A stretch of DNA of 64,000 nucleotides, taken from positions 96,283 to 160,282 of IMG/VR virus record IMGVR_UViG_3300042474_001633; one strand, written 5' to 3'. The notes under the pieces were generated by a model. The model had not been told where the DNA came from. It did not search any database and was given only the letters and a program-made list of their open reading frames with translations. Made by a program: the position numbers and the translations under genes. This stretch comes from a virus. This document shows, in pieces, positions 19,728 through 29,802 of the stretch (within the stretch, counting starts at the first letter, position 1; every line of letters begins with the position of its first letter).

Positions 19728-19959
19728 CTTTGACGATTGGATGGCACACGGAATCAAAATGGGTTGGGCTGGTCCACCGGTGTGCTACACACACGATGGT
19801 CTGCCAATGTCCGAAGAAGAGGATGAAGAGTTTCAAGAAGGCGACCCGTGTATTCATATCGTTCGCCTATACGAAGACCCGGAACATAAATCAGCAATTG
19901 AAAAAGACCACAGCCCTTCGCAGTGGAGAAACATTTACAAGGAGGAAGACAATGGATAA
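19720..19959 (+). CDS. Hypothetical protein
   Basis: GW.GPPVCYTHDGLP...DPCIHIVR; start adjusted. Confidence 0.65.
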   Translation: MDNFDDWMAHGIKMGWAGPPVCYTHDGLPMSEEEDEEFQEGDPCIHIVRLYEDPEHKSAIEKDHSPSQWRNIYKEEDNG

Positions 19960-20101
19960 CATCTCGGTTGAGGAAGTCAAAGAGCTTCTCGACGACATGG
20001 TCGGGCAGGGCTTTATCGAAACCATGATTGACGATGATGGCGTCGAGCGCTACAGGCTCACCGAACTCGGTCGCCTGGAAATGGCTTTTCACTCGGAATG
20101 A
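19952..20101 (+). CDS. Small wHTH-like hypothetical protein
   Basis: GGAGG SD; YRLTELG motif. Confidence 0.5.
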   Translation: MDNISVEEVKELLDDMVGQGFIETMIDDDGVERYRLTELGRLEMAFHSE

Positions 20102-20430
20102 GCGTTAAATGCTCAGCGTGTGGAAATGATGTGGATGGAGAATCCGTCAATCATCATCTTCCGGATGTGGGTTTTGTTTTGCCATATCAAGAGTTCGGTT
20201 ACTACGGCGGGTTTACGGACACATTCGATGACTACTACGAAAAGCCACGTGAATGGCTTATGTGTCACGACTGTGTCGTCAAGCTGCTGGAAACCTTCCC
20301 GCTTCTCGCTCAGACAATCCCTCGTGGTGAACATCCATGCGACAAAGAGATTCCATGTTGCAACTGGGCTTGGCGTAGTCATGAAGACGGATTGCAATTC
20401 GGCAAAGATGGCCAATGGGTAAATGACTAG
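20098..20430 (+). CDS. Cys-rich (Zn-binding) hypothetical protein
   Basis: CSAC and CHDC; ATGA coupling. Confidence 0.6.
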   Translation: MSVKCSACGNDVDGESVNHHLPDVGFVLPYQEFGYYGGFTDTFDDYYEKPREWLMCHDCVVKLLETFPLLAQTIPRGEHPCDKEIPCCNWAWRSHEDGLQFGKDGQWVND

Positions 20431-21544
20431 GCAGCGACTATTCCTGGATATCAACTGCTTGGAAGCAGCCAGACAGCGAATACGGCACGTCTACGACACC
20501 TTTGACACTGTCTGCGTACAGTTCTCCGGGGGCAAGGATTCCACTGCAGTCCTATACCTTGCCAAGGAGATACATGACGAACGAGGCCTGGGGCCGGTAA
20601 AGGTCATCTTCCGCGATGAGGAGATGGTTAGCCCGATGGTTCTGGATTTCGTAGAGAAAGTCCGCAACTACGACTGGGTGGAAATGGAGTGGTATTGCCT
20701 CCCAGCAAGCGCAGAGGTCTGGGTACTGGGCCGAAGGGAGTATTGCCTCCTCTGGAGCCCTTACAGAGCGTCTCAGGGCCGTCTAACGCGTGATATGCCC
20801 TCATGGGCTATCCGTGCAGAGCACTTCGGCTTGGACCCCTCTGAGCCCATCCCAGAGCCATACGACTACTATATGATGCAAGGCAAGGTGGGTCGCACAG
20901 CGTTCATCACGGGCGTCCGCGCGAATGAGTCCATGATGCGTTATCGCTCCCTTGTCCAGAAGTTACATGAAAACTACATCGTGACGCCGTACCGCCTAAA
21001 ACGCTCCATCCCGCTTCGCTTTGCAAAGGTCATTTACGACTGGACTACCGATGATGTCCTCAAGTTCATATCTGAAGAACACAATGCCGAATACTGCGAG
21101 TACTACGACGCTGCGGCTCTTACCGGTTCCAATACGCGCGTAGGCATACCGCTCCACTCTGTAGCGATTCGTCGCCTCGGTGATGTGGTTGCTACGGAGC
21201 CGGAGTTCTATGACCAGCTTTACCGTTGTTGGCCACATATCGATGCTCAGCGCCGTATTTGGGCGGACTTTGACTTGGAGAAGTACATCATGCAGTATGC
21301 AGATGACGGGTGGGACGGTGTGCGCCGTTGTCTAGAAGAAAATATTGTTACTCCAGGTTTGAACACTCGGGCAAAAGCGTACTGCGCGGAGTTCCGTCGC
21401 AAGCACGCCAAAGACCCGCGGTCTTACCCAATTCACTGGTTGATACGAAACCTCCTTATTAGCGAATTTGCGAGTCGAGCAGTAACCCCAATTGGTCCGG
21501 GTACACGTGCGTACACGATTCAGCAGGAGATAGAAGCGGAATGA
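20423..21544 (+). CDS. PAPS-reductase-like (PP-loop, YbdN/IbrA-like) protein
   Basis: FSGGKDS, FRDEE, GVRANES..R and IYDWT..DV. Confidence 0.85.
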   Translation: MTRQRLFLDINCLEAARQRIRHVYDTFDTVCVQFSGGKDSTAVLYLAKEIHDERGLGPVKVIFRDEEMVSPMVLDFVEKVRNYDWVEMEWYCLPASAEVWVLGRREYCLLWSPYRASQGRLTRDMPSWAIRAEHFGLDPSEPIPEPYDYYMMQGKVGRTAFITGVRANESMMRYRSLVQKLHENYIVTPYRLKRSIPLRFAKVIYDWTTDDVLKFISEEHNAEYCEYYDAAALTGSNTRVGIPLHSVAIRRLGDVVATEPEFYDQLYRCWPHIDAQRRIWADFDLEKYIMQYADDGWDGVRRCLEENIVTPGLNTRAKAYCAEFRRKHAKDPRSYPIHWLIRNLLISEFASRAVTPIGPGTRAYTIQQEIEAE

Positions 21545-21710
21545 GGGATTTCGAAGAATTAGACGGTGATGAACTTGATTACTGGCTGGAGATGGCAACT
21601 GAATATCTTGTGGCACATAACATAATTCCGTTGAGCGACGAAGTGTGGGCTACGGATAAGTACATGGATAAGATTTACGCAAAAGCAAACGAGCTATGGG
21701 ATGATGAGCA

Positions 21711-21896
21711 GTGACAACGAGGGACACCTACGATTTGGAGCAAGCAGAACTGCTCGACTCTTTTGAGCGCATGAAGGAAGTTTGGCAAGAAACCGCAAAA
21801 CAGCATGCGGCGATTCAGGTAAGTTTCTGGAAAGAGCTTGAAGACTTTAAGGCTTGGTGGGAACTTGAGAAGATTTCTTCTTTGCCCGAGGCTTAA
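21711..21896 (+). CDS. Hypothetical protein
   Basis: End of the plus-strand operon. Confidence 0.45.
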   Translation: MTTRDTYDLEQAELLDSFERMKEVWQETAKQHAAIQVSFWKELEDFKAWWELEKISSLPEA

Positions 21897-22011
21897 TACC
21901 AAGAGCGTTGTCACACCTTGCGATTTCTTTATCCAGAGCAATAATCTCTTTGTGTATTTGCGCTAACTCTTTCTCAAGCTGAGCAATTTCTGCATCTAGG
22001 TCTTTTGGCAT
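21847..22011 (-). CDS. Small coiled-coil protein
   Basis: MPKDLDAEIAQLEKELAQ. Confidence 0.5.
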   Translation of the reverse strand: MPKDLDAEIAQLEKELAQIHKEIIALDKEIARCDNALGIKPRAKKKSSQVPTKP

Positions 22012-22018
22012 AACTGCA

Positions 22019-22474
22019 TCATACATCGAACACGTTGCTCTGAGGAAAAGCAATCCTTCTTGCTGATTCCGGGTCAAGGTATACCAAAACGTACAAGAGA
22101 TTCATGCCCTCTCCTTCATCACCCATCACAACATCGATAGTCTCCGGAGAAACTGCCAATGCATTCGCTAGGCCGGCACGTATAAAGCCAATCTCCTGTT
22201 CTGTCTGAGCAATGTCTTCTGCAATGTCGTCAATCCACGGCACCTCAATGGGCGGGTCAATTATTGTTGGTCGCGCCAAACTACTGAGCATCGATTCTGC
22301 TAACCCGGCTTTCACGCAATCAAGGCAAGCAATCTTTTTGGTTGATGCGGCGCGTTTGCGTATCTCCTTGTGACCGCAATCGAGCTTATGTATGTACTGA
22401 ACCTTGCTCCACTCACCGGTCTTGATTATCTCAACCACGGAGCGCTGTGGAGCGCTCTTACGGTTACTGCTCAT
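22019..22474 (-). CDS. Hypothetical protein with a Zn-ribbon
   Basis: LDCGH...CLDC. Confidence 0.65.
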   Translation of the reverse strand: MSSNRKSAPQRSVVEIIKTGEWSKVQYIHKLDCGHKEIRKRAASTKKIACLDCVKAGLAESMLSSLARPTIIDPPIEVPWIDDIAEDIAQTEQEIGFIRAGLANALAVSPETIDVVMGDEGEGMNLLYVLVYLDPESARRIAFPQSNVFDV

Positions 22475-22766
22475 TGAGGATTTGGTCTACGAACGCATCA
22501 AGATGAAGCTGTTCAACGATGTCGACAACACTCATGTTCTTGCCGTTTGGGAGCTCCACATAGGTTTTGCACAGTTGGTCAAACACATGGTCCTCGGTAA
22601 GCAGCTCCGTTGAACTTGCGGCAACAACGAATGTCTGTATTGCCTGTTTGCAGGCCGGCACGAACTCGACGGAAACGGGCGGGTAGTGGTTGCTCGTTAG
22701 ATGCCACTCAAGGGCCTGTTCTAGTTCGGCATATTGCGCTGCGTCGTAAGCGTTTAGATATCCCAT
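22464..22766 (-). CDS. Hypothetical protein
   Basis: WHLTSNHYPP...IVEQLHLDAF. Confidence 0.65.
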   Translation of the reverse strand: MGYLNAYDAAQYAELEQALEWHLTSNHYPPVSVEFVPACKQAIQTFVVAASSTELLTEDHVFDQLCKTYVELPNGKNMSVVDIVEQLHLDAFVDQILNEQ

Positions 22767-24694
22767 TATTGCTCACCGATTCCTTCCTTTAAGAAGTCCA
22801 ATACTATCTGCTGTGCGCTTGCGGTTTCATTAATCTCAGTGCCCTCCGTTGCCGCGTTGACAACCGAGCGTTTTGAATCAATTAAGTCGAATATCTCTTG
22901 GTCTATTGTTCCGTTGGCAATCATGTAAGTTGCCATTACAGAGCCTTTCTGACCGAGCCGGTGACAACGGCTGTATGTTTGGTCTACGTCCGCGGGCGTC
23001 CACGGTAACTCCACAAACAAAACATCTTGTGCTGCGGTAAGAGTGTGTCCGGTCTTTGCGGCCTGCATGGAGAGAACAATCACCGGAGCCTCATCGATGC
23101 TTCCTGTTTGGAATTTGGCTTTATGTTCCTGAACGTCCTCTACGGACATTCCGCCTTGAATCTTTAGCCCGCAATAGTGGTCGGCAATCATGTCCACGAT
23201 TTCTCTGTGGTGAGCCGCGACAACAACCTTGTCTCCGGATGCAATCTTGCCGTCAATCCATTCGAATACCGACTCCATCTTGGCTTTCGCGGCTAGACGG
23301 CGTAGTACCGATATCCGAACAAGGTGTTCGTTGGCTTCTGCACGAATCTTTGCGTGTACTGCGGCGTTCCAGATTGATGTACCCATCTCGAGGGCGACTT
23401 CTTTGGCTCGTCGGGTGATGTACTCGATAATGTCACGACGCGCTTGTTCATACTCTTTCATGCCTGCCGCAGAACCCGACACAACAACCTTGGAGTGGCG
23501 AACTGCGGGCAGGTCCAAAAGCACTTGGTCTTTGGTTCTACGGATGTAACATGTTGCACGGAGAGCGTCGTTCAGCTCTTCTAGGTTTGTCGCGCCATCT
23601 ATATGCCACTGTCCAAACCGGTCACGGAATGCGCCACAGTACCGTCGGTAGAAACCCCAAAGTCCGCCAAATTTATTTAGTTGTCCGAGAATGTCGAGTT
23701 GCGGTCCAAACTCGGCTGGCCTATTTGTTATCGGCGTGCCGGTAAGACACAGTACAAGTCCATCCTTATCGGCTGAGCGCGCCATCTTGATGGCTGACTT
23801 TGTTCGCTTTGCGGTCGGTGTCTTTGCATAATGCGATTCGTCGAATACGTAACTCGTGAATCCGGTTAGCGACTTAACCCAGTGGTCGATGTTTGAATAC
23901 CCGACAACAATTACATCAAACTTGTTTCGGTCGGGAAACTCTGAACGATTGGCTACGGTACCAACGCTACGGTGTGGAAGCCACTTATTGAATTCATCGC
24001 GCCAGTTAAGGACAAGTCCGGGTGGACACACGATGACCGCCGGGAAAGCATCCGCGTACTCAAGTGCTGCAATTGCCTGGATTGTCTTACCTAGCCCCAT
24101 GTCGTCGGCAATAAATGCACGTTTTGCGTTTGTCGCGTAAAGCACGCCGGCTTTTTGATACGGGAGAAGCTCGCCATTGAGCGAAGGTAAATCCAGCTCT
24201 GCAGAAGTCGATTTTGCGGCTGCTATCGACTCCGTCCGCGCGGCTTCTATCTGTGTTGCCATTTCGCTTATTTCACTTGGGACTTCATACCCAAAGGATT
24301 CCGCGAAACCGATTACAGAACGTACTGCGGTTAATGGAGCCTTCCATGCTTTTGACTCGGCGTCCCACGTAACTCCCGGTACTCCTTTTACTGCTCGAAC
24401 GCGTACTGGGTCGTAGCTAAAGCTCATGAACAACCAATCGTCCAAGTGGTAAACACCAGTTCTTTGAACCGTTTTATCGGGAAGCGTAAAAGTCAGCACG
24501 TCGTTGTCAATGTGAAAGTTGTGTTTGCTGGCGAAATCGCGTGCTTGCTGGAGACTTGACATCGGAACTCGCCACACACGGCTTACCTTGTCCCACTTTG
24601 CGCCGTCAATCTTCTTGATTTCTGTGACCTGCGCCGCGTCATACGGAAAGTCAAACACCAAATGGTCGTTGGAGAGGGCGAGTGTTTCGGGCAT
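22766..24694 (-). CDS. SNF2/HARP (SMARCAL1-like) helicase
   Basis: Two HARP-like repeats (FPYD...KWD..SRVW); ADDMGLGKT, DESH, LTGTP and RCHRLGQ; start adjusted. Confidence 0.88.
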   Translation of the reverse strand: MPETLALSNDHLVFDFPYDAAQVTEIKKIDGAKWDKVSRVWRVPMSSLQQARDFASKHNFHIDNDVLTFTLPDKTVQRTGVYHLDDWLFMSFSYDPVRVRAVKGVPGVTWDAESKAWKAPLTAVRSVIGFAESFGYEVPSEISEMATQIEAARTESIAAAKSTSAELDLPSLNGELLPYQKAGVLYATNAKRAFIADDMGLGKTIQAIAALEYADAFPAVIVCPPGLVLNWRDEFNKWLPHRSVGTVANRSEFPDRNKFDVIVVGYSNIDHWVKSLTGFTSYVFDESHYAKTPTAKRTKSAIKMARSADKDGLVLCLTGTPITNRPAEFGPQLDILGQLNKFGGLWGFYRRYCGAFRDRFGQWHIDGATNLEELNDALRATCYIRRTKDQVLLDLPAVRHSKVVVSGSAAGMKEYEQARRDIIEYITRRAKEVALEMGTSIWNAAVHAKIRAEANEHLVRISVLRRLAAKAKMESVFEWIDGKIASGDKVVVAAHHREIVDMIADHYCGLKIQGGMSVEDVQEHKAKFQTGSIDEAPVIVLSMQAAKTGHTLTAAQDVLFVELPWTPADVDQTYSRCHRLGQKGSVMATYMIANGTIDQEIFDLIDSKRSVVNAATEGTEINETASAQQIVLDFLKEGIGEQ

Positions 24695-24857
24695 CAACGT
24701 CATGATACAACTTGCGGGGCTCGAATACAAAGCCCGAAAACCAGATGTTGTTGCGCTGAGTTCTTCGGACTGACACGAGGCGACCTGAGCGAACGCAAAC
24801 AAAAAGCCCGCCTGCGGGGGGCGCAAGCGGGCTTCTTGTTTTCTTTTGTTGGCTGTT

Positions 24858-24911
24858 TTATGCGACCATTATTGCGAGAAAAATCATGGTACAAACTACG
24901 GTATACGACAC
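24858..24911 (-). CDS. 17-aa hydrophobic micro-protein (MSYTVVCTMIFLAIMVA)
   Basis: Own TTGACA-N17-TACTAT promoter (~24942-24970), AAGGGAG SD and downstream hairpin (~24803-24833). Confidence 0.5.
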   Translation of the reverse strand: MSYTVVCTMIFLAIMVA

Positions 24912-25075
24912 GCTAACTCCCTTCTTGTAGTGGTCAAAACGATAGTAGCCACTTACTTAGTAGTTGTCAAGCATTGACCTTCGTCACAGACACGAACACA
25001 CAAGTGTGCCAATAGTCACAAAAGTATGTTATCGGTATGGTTCCGAGACTTACTCATCCGTATCGGTCTTGGCTG

Positions 25076-25321
25076 TTAGAGCGAGTCTGAACGAGTCAGC
25101 ACTGTATCGGATGACTCACGGGTCAGTTCGTATCCGAGCGAGTAGCAGCGTGAGCAGACATCACTTAAAGCACCTACCAGCGCATCAGTTTTTTCCTCTG
25201 TCCATGTTGATTCGGCTGCTTCGGCTTCGGCTGCCTCCACTAGGGCTATCAGTCGGCTTAGAACAAGTTTGACTTCGCTTGCTCGCTTCGTCAGTTTCGT
25301 AATGTCGGTTTTTGTTGTCAT
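25076..25321 (-). CDS. Hypothetical early protein (leaderless)
   Basis: TTGACA-N17-TAGTAT six nt before the ATG. Confidence 0.65.
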   Translation of the reverse strand: MTTKTDITKLTKRASEVKLVLSRLIALVEAAEAEAAESTWTEEKTDALVGALSDVCSRCYSLGYELTRESSDTVLTRSDSL

Positions 25322-25621
25322 GTGTCAATACTAGGGGCATTTATCGCCCATGTCAAGTTCTAGACTGTGCAGTTAGACACACCCACCTGACCACCCACCC
25401 GTCTGACTTGCCGCCATCGTCACAGAAGCGGACAAGCAAGCAAGTCCCTCGAAGAACTCCTCGAGCTGGCGGCCGGCCCTCGAGAGCTGGTTGTTTTGAC
25501 GGGGCTCTAACCTGCCACGAGACATCTAGTTGCGACGGTGGCGGATGACGGACGTGAACGGGTACAGCAGAAAGCCCCACCTGCCGTTGGGCAAGTAGGG
25601 CTTTCTTGGGGGTCGTTGTGA

Positions 25622-25864
25622 TTATTGTGCTTGCTTTATTGCTTCGGACGCATCAAGAATGGCATTTTCCATTACTTTATGCGTAGCCGTTGCGAACAAT
25701 TCGGCGAGCGTTGCTGGCAAAGTGACTAGGTACTTTAGGATTTCTACCTGCTCATCTTTCAGCAATAGTTCTGTAGTGTCGTTGCTAATTTGCTCAAGCA
25801 TTTCGGCAATAGACATACACTCGTCCGCTATCTCTGTAAGCGTTTCTGCTGGCGTTTGGCTCAT
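25622..25864 (-). CDS. Hypothetical early protein
   Basis: AAAGGGGGG SD; TTGACG-N18-TACAAT promoter; start adjusted to MSQTP. Confidence 0.65.
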   Translation of the reverse strand: MSQTPAETLTEIADECMSIAEMLEQISNDTTELLLKDEQVEILKYLVTLPATLAELFATATHKVMENAILDASEAIKQAQ

Positions 25865-25948
25865 TTTCCCCCCTTTCTGATACCTATTGTATGGGGCACA
25901 AGTACCCCACGTCAAGTTTATTTCACGTGACATTGGGCACACGCTATT

Positions 25949-26078
25949 TGTGTCGGGCGTCACACTTGCGTTTGATGTGTCGGCGGTCACGTCCTGCGTG
26001 TCGGGCGTCACACAGCCCTACTATGTGCCGGCAGTCACACTACGTGTCGGGCGTCACACTACGTGTCGGCGGTCACAC
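25949..26078 (+). repeat. Six tandem CRP/GlxR-like boxes (YGTGYCGGNNGTCAC)
   Basis: GTG-N8-CAC at 25950, 25977, 25998, 26025, 26044 and 26063. Confidence 0.75.
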
Positions 26079-26081
26079 CGG

Positions 26082-26095
26082 CGAACAAGTGTTCG
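26082..26095. promoter_or_regulatory. LexA (SOS)-like box CGAAC-AAGT-GTTCG
   Basis: Matches the Gram-positive/actinobacterial CGAAC-N4-GTTCG consensus; near-match at 26942-26955. Confidence 0.5.
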
Positions 26096-26529
26096 GTCAG
26101 CAGCGAAACCGGAGAAATTTTCCGCCGCCGGCTTCCGGTTCGCCTTCGCGGGGACATCGCAATAGCGGGGCTGCGATGTCCCCGACGACTTCTTCTGACG
26201 GTGGCGGATGACGAAGGAACTGAGTTGCTGAAGCAGTTTTGGATACACGAAGTCGGCTTTGATGTCGGGAAGCAAACATCCAAGTCAGGTTGTTGGAAAC
26301 TTTCTTGACAAACCGCATCTCACTTGCTAACACGGAACGTGCGAGGAACTCTGATGGCGTCAAACACGAGAGTCCCGCCAAAACCAGAACCAAACCAAAA
26401 ACCACGAGTGGCTGGGTGTTCTTGGGCAACAAAAAACCCGCCCTTTTGGGCGGGCTAGTTGATTTTTACCCTGCTAGTAGAACTAAAAGGCAAAAAAAGA
26501 TTACATAAGTTGTGGCTTGGGACAAAACA

Positions 26530-26643
26530 TCACCCCCAATTCTCCTTTTTCCATTTTTCCCACTCTTGTTGCTTTCGCTCTATGTAGTCACCGAGCGGTA
26601 TTGCGATAAGAATTGAGACGGCGATTATTTGATGTATCTTCAC
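26530..26643 (-). CDS. 37-aa micro-protein with a hydrophobic N-terminus
   Basis: MKIHQIIAVSILIAIPLG...; TTGACT-N17-TACTCT promoter, AAAGGGGG SD and terminator-like hairpin ~26431-26456. Confidence 0.5.
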   Translation of the reverse strand: MKIHQIIAVSILIAIPLGDYIERKQQEWEKWKKENWG

Positions 26644-27026
26644 TTCACCCCCTTTACTTTTCTATTTAGTAAAGAGTAGTAAGTGGTACGCAGATAGTCA
26701 AGCACTCACACGCACTTCTGTCAAGTTACTACCAAAGTCATGCGTCACAGGCTTTGACCACCAAGAAAGTTGACAACAGGTCGGGTCTAGCCGTTCATGT
26801 GTTCGCAATTGACGACATCACGAGTTCTTCGCCTGGGACTGAGGACACCCCCGTTTGGTAGCGGGGCTGCCAGACGGGGGTCATCTTCTACCGACGGTGG
26901 GGCATGAGTCCCTTCCGTTCGACCTGATGAACACCTGTGGGCGAACACCTGTTTGTTCCAACCGATGTGACGAACTTCATGCCGTACAAGTTGCTTTTTG
27001 TCCCATCTACGGGCTAGCGTGTTGCT

Positions 27027-27644
27027 ATGGCAACACGCCACCTTACACACGACACCGAGACGGCTGTTTTAGAAGTCGCCAAGGACTTTTGGCTTCGTGA
27101 GGTCGTGCCCGTGACCGTACCGAACGCCTGCATACTGGCTTCTCGTATTCTCACGGTTGCCCTAAACAAGTACGGGGTCGCTGCTAACGCAACCCAACTT
27201 GACGCTGTCTGCTGGAACGATGAGGGCTACCGCCTACGCAATGACGTAGTTGCTTCCCGAGAGAGCAAGACCGCTTGGTCAGTAGGCGTAATGTCTAAAC
27301 CGAGTGACCAATGGATTACCAATGAGATTGCTTCGGGTCGTAATCCATTTGAGCGAGATTTCTTTGGACACCTTGTAGTGGAGACTGAGCACCACTTCAT
27401 TGACTTCACTGCTGGTCAATTTGACCGCCCTCAACACGGCATCGTGACTGGTTCACCCCTCATCGTGCCCAACTCCCATCTCGTAGAGACAAAAGACGGG
27501 TGGAAAGTACCGATTATCAAGGGCGTCTACACGATTCGTGACGCCAAGTACCCTGCCTCACCACGCAATGCACCCGACTGGCACACGAACTACAAGCGTG
27601 ATGCCAAGCGACTGATTGACGAACTACGCCCATTGTTGGGCTAG
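27027..27644 (+). CDS. Hypothetical protein, possibly papain/transglutaminase-like (C...H...D)
   Basis: NACI...GHLVVE...IDFTAGQF. Confidence 0.6.
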   Translation: MATRHLTHDTETAVLEVAKDFWLREVVPVTVPNACILASRILTVALNKYGVAANATQLDAVCWNDEGYRLRNDVVASRESKTAWSVGVMSKPSDQWITNEIASGRNPFERDFFGHLVVETEHHFIDFTAGQFDRPQHGIVTGSPLIVPNSHLVETKDGWKVPIIKGVYTIRDAKYPASPRNAPDWHTNYKRDAKRLIDELRPLLG

Positions 27645-27924
27645 TTCCTCGCTTTTCCCCTTCCGTCTGGCTGATGTCGCGCGCCTACGCTTTGCCGCCG
27701 CAACAGCGTGAGAGGAAACTAATACGATTTTCTCTCATGGCTTCTTCGGGTGCGGGGCTGTCATGTCTTTCCAGAGTTCTTCTTACGACGGTGGCGGATG
27801 AACGGGAATAGCAAAACGGGCAGACACACTCGCAGTGAGTGCGCCTGCCCGTTAGTCGGGGGTTCGCTGTGTGGTTACTGGCTAAGTATCAGTGCGATAA
27901 CAAACACGACGATTGCCGTCGCTA

Positions 27925-28338
27925 TCACTCCGAGTCTTCGTCTAGTGCGTAACGAACGGTGTAGCCACGCCCCATTGGGACATCGTGGTGCGCTAAGTTC
28001 AGGTGCAACACTTCTCCCGATAGTTGCCAGCGCAGACGCCAAGTGTCGTTGACTGTGACCGCACGGATGAAGTCGGGAATGGTTTCCGCTGTGAACTCTC
28101 CCGATACCGAACGATTCCATAGTGGCAGTCCGTCAATCGTGAAGTTGCAGGTCGGGTTGGCGTCGTACCATCCCTTTATTCCTTCTGTGAAGTGAAAAAC
28201 GGCAGTCTCCCAGCAATCGCCATAGCAATAGTCTGCAGGCTCATCCGTGTACTCTTCCCTTATCGGGTCATACTTCATGCAGTCGCAACTGTTTTGGATT
28301 ACTCCATCCCAGTCACTCTGTGTTTTGGTTGTTGTCAT
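27925..28338 (-). CDS. Hypothetical early protein (leaderless)
   Basis: TTGACA-N17-TATTCT-N6-ATG. Confidence 0.7.
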   Translation of the reverse strand: MTTTKTQSDWDGVIQNSCDCMKYDPIREEYTDEPADYCYGDCWETAVFHFTEGIKGWYDANPTCNFTIDGLPLWNRSVSGEFTAETIPDFIRAVTVNDTWRLRWQLSGEVLHLNLAHHDVPMGRGYTVRYALDEDSE

Positions 28339-28646
28339 GCGCTAAGAATAAGACATAAGTAGTACTTTGTCAAGTCATGTCGTGCGTGCTTGTGGTCACG
28401 CTTGAGGTTCGGCCGGCAGTTGGTGTCGCCCCAGCCGGCAACCGGACTCTCAGTCGCACGCCGGCTCTCCGGACGCGGGGGCAAGCTGCGGGGCTGTCAA
28501 GTCCGACGGCATCTTCTACCTTCTGACGGTGGCGTATGAGCCGACACGAGCAACAACGGCGAACGGGTACGAACGACAACGGGCGCACCTACCGAATTGG
28601 TAGATGCGCCCGTGTTGGGGGTTGGTTTGGGGATTTGGCTAGTGCA

Positions 28647-29018
28647 TTACTTCCAAGTAGATAGGTCAAGCACCACTTCTGCGAGTTGGTCGCAGTAGAT
28701 GTGCGACTGTTCCGCTTCTACGACTTCCGTGTGTGCCATTTTCCCTGTTTGTATGTAGCGGATACGCTTGACTATGTAGGTGTCTGAATAATCAAGCACC
28801 ACTTCTATGCGTCGGGTTGAGGTAATCGGCAGGATTACGCCGACTGTCTCGCCTTCCTTATCTTCTAGGCAAGCCATACGCCCGCCCGATACGGCAAGCA
28901 CTACCATTTTCCCGATTTGGTTCATTACTTCGCTAGTGTCGCACGGTCGCCCGTCACGCACTATGCCTATTAGGTGACAAGACGAACTGCCCTTGCCCCA
29001 TTTGAGTGTGTTTGTCAT
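28647..29018 (-). CDS. Hypothetical early protein (leaderless)
   Basis: TTGACA-N17-TACGAT-N6-ATG; DTY...IYCDQL motif. Confidence 0.7.
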   Translation of the reverse strand: MTNTLKWGKGSSSCHLIGIVRDGRPCDTSEVMNQIGKMVVLAVSGGRMACLEDKEGETVGVILPITSTRRIEVVLDYSDTYIVKRIRYIQTGKMAHTEVVEAEQSHIYCDQLAEVVLDLSTWK

Positions 29019-29280
29019 AGTTCTATCGTAGGGCAGTTGTGGGTCTTTGTCAAGTTTCTAATCTGTGGTTGTGGTCACGGCGCAGGTTTCTGCTCTCAGG
29101 TTGCGAGGTTCTCCGCCGCTGCCGCCAGACGGCGACTGGGACTGGGGGCGTTGGCTAGCGGGGCTGGCGAACGCCCCCAGAGTTCTTCTTACGACGGTGG
29201 CGTATGAGTTGCGTGAATACACAAAAAAACCGCCTAGCCATTACGACTAGACGGTCTTTCGGAGGGTGGTTATTCGTTGG

Positions 29281-29493
29281 TCAGTTGCTCACTTCCCAAA
29301 CTCCTTCTGCTTCATTTAGAACATTTTCCTCAATGTTCCATTCGCTTTCTTCCCAACGGATTTCTTCTTTCATAATCAGTGCGATTTTGTCTGTAAACTC
29401 TCGCATAATCGCTTCCGCTTGTTCTTTGCTATCCGCTTTTATTTCCGTGATAGCGATAGACAAGTCTGTTGAGTAGTACTTTTCTACGCTCAT
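29281..29493 (-). CDS. Hypothetical acidic protein
   Basis: AAAGGGGG SD. Confidence 0.65.
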   Translation of the reverse strand: MSVEKYYSTDLSIAITEIKADSKEQAEAIMREFTDKIALIMKEEIRWEESEWNIEENVLNEAEGVWEVSN

Positions 29494-29510
29494 TTCCCCC
29501 CTTTCTTTTA

Positions 29511-29696
29511 CTAGTTTTTAGGACAGTCCTCGTATGGGTTTTCATTACCCTCGTTATCCTCGCACGGACACCAACCGAATAGTCCTACTTGTGTTTCGTG
29601 CGTGAGTTCGGCTAAGTCTCCCCAAGACGGCGAGCCACCGAGTTGGTCTATGACCAAACTCCAATAGTCCACGAATAGTTTTTCTTTTCCGTTCAC
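29511..29696 (-). CDS. Hypothetical early protein
   Basis: TTGACT-N17-TAAAAT promoter, leaderless GTG. Confidence 0.6.
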   Translation of the reverse strand: MNGKEKLFVDYWSLVIDQLGGSPSWGDLAELTHETQVGLFGWCPCEDNEGNENPYEDCPKN

Positions 29697-29802
29697 TATT
29701 GTTATTTTAGGACATAAGTATCCCTAAGTCAAGTTTTGTGGCAACAGTCACATTACATTCCTCGGCGCAGCGAACCTCAATAAGTATGAGAGAGAGGAAG
29801 TT

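Noticed and set aside
25534-25541. Chi site call (GACGGTGG versus E. coli GCTGGTGG)
   Set aside because: Two mismatches, conservation extends to 15 bp plus an upstream element, and the probable host is actinobacterial; only a hypothesis
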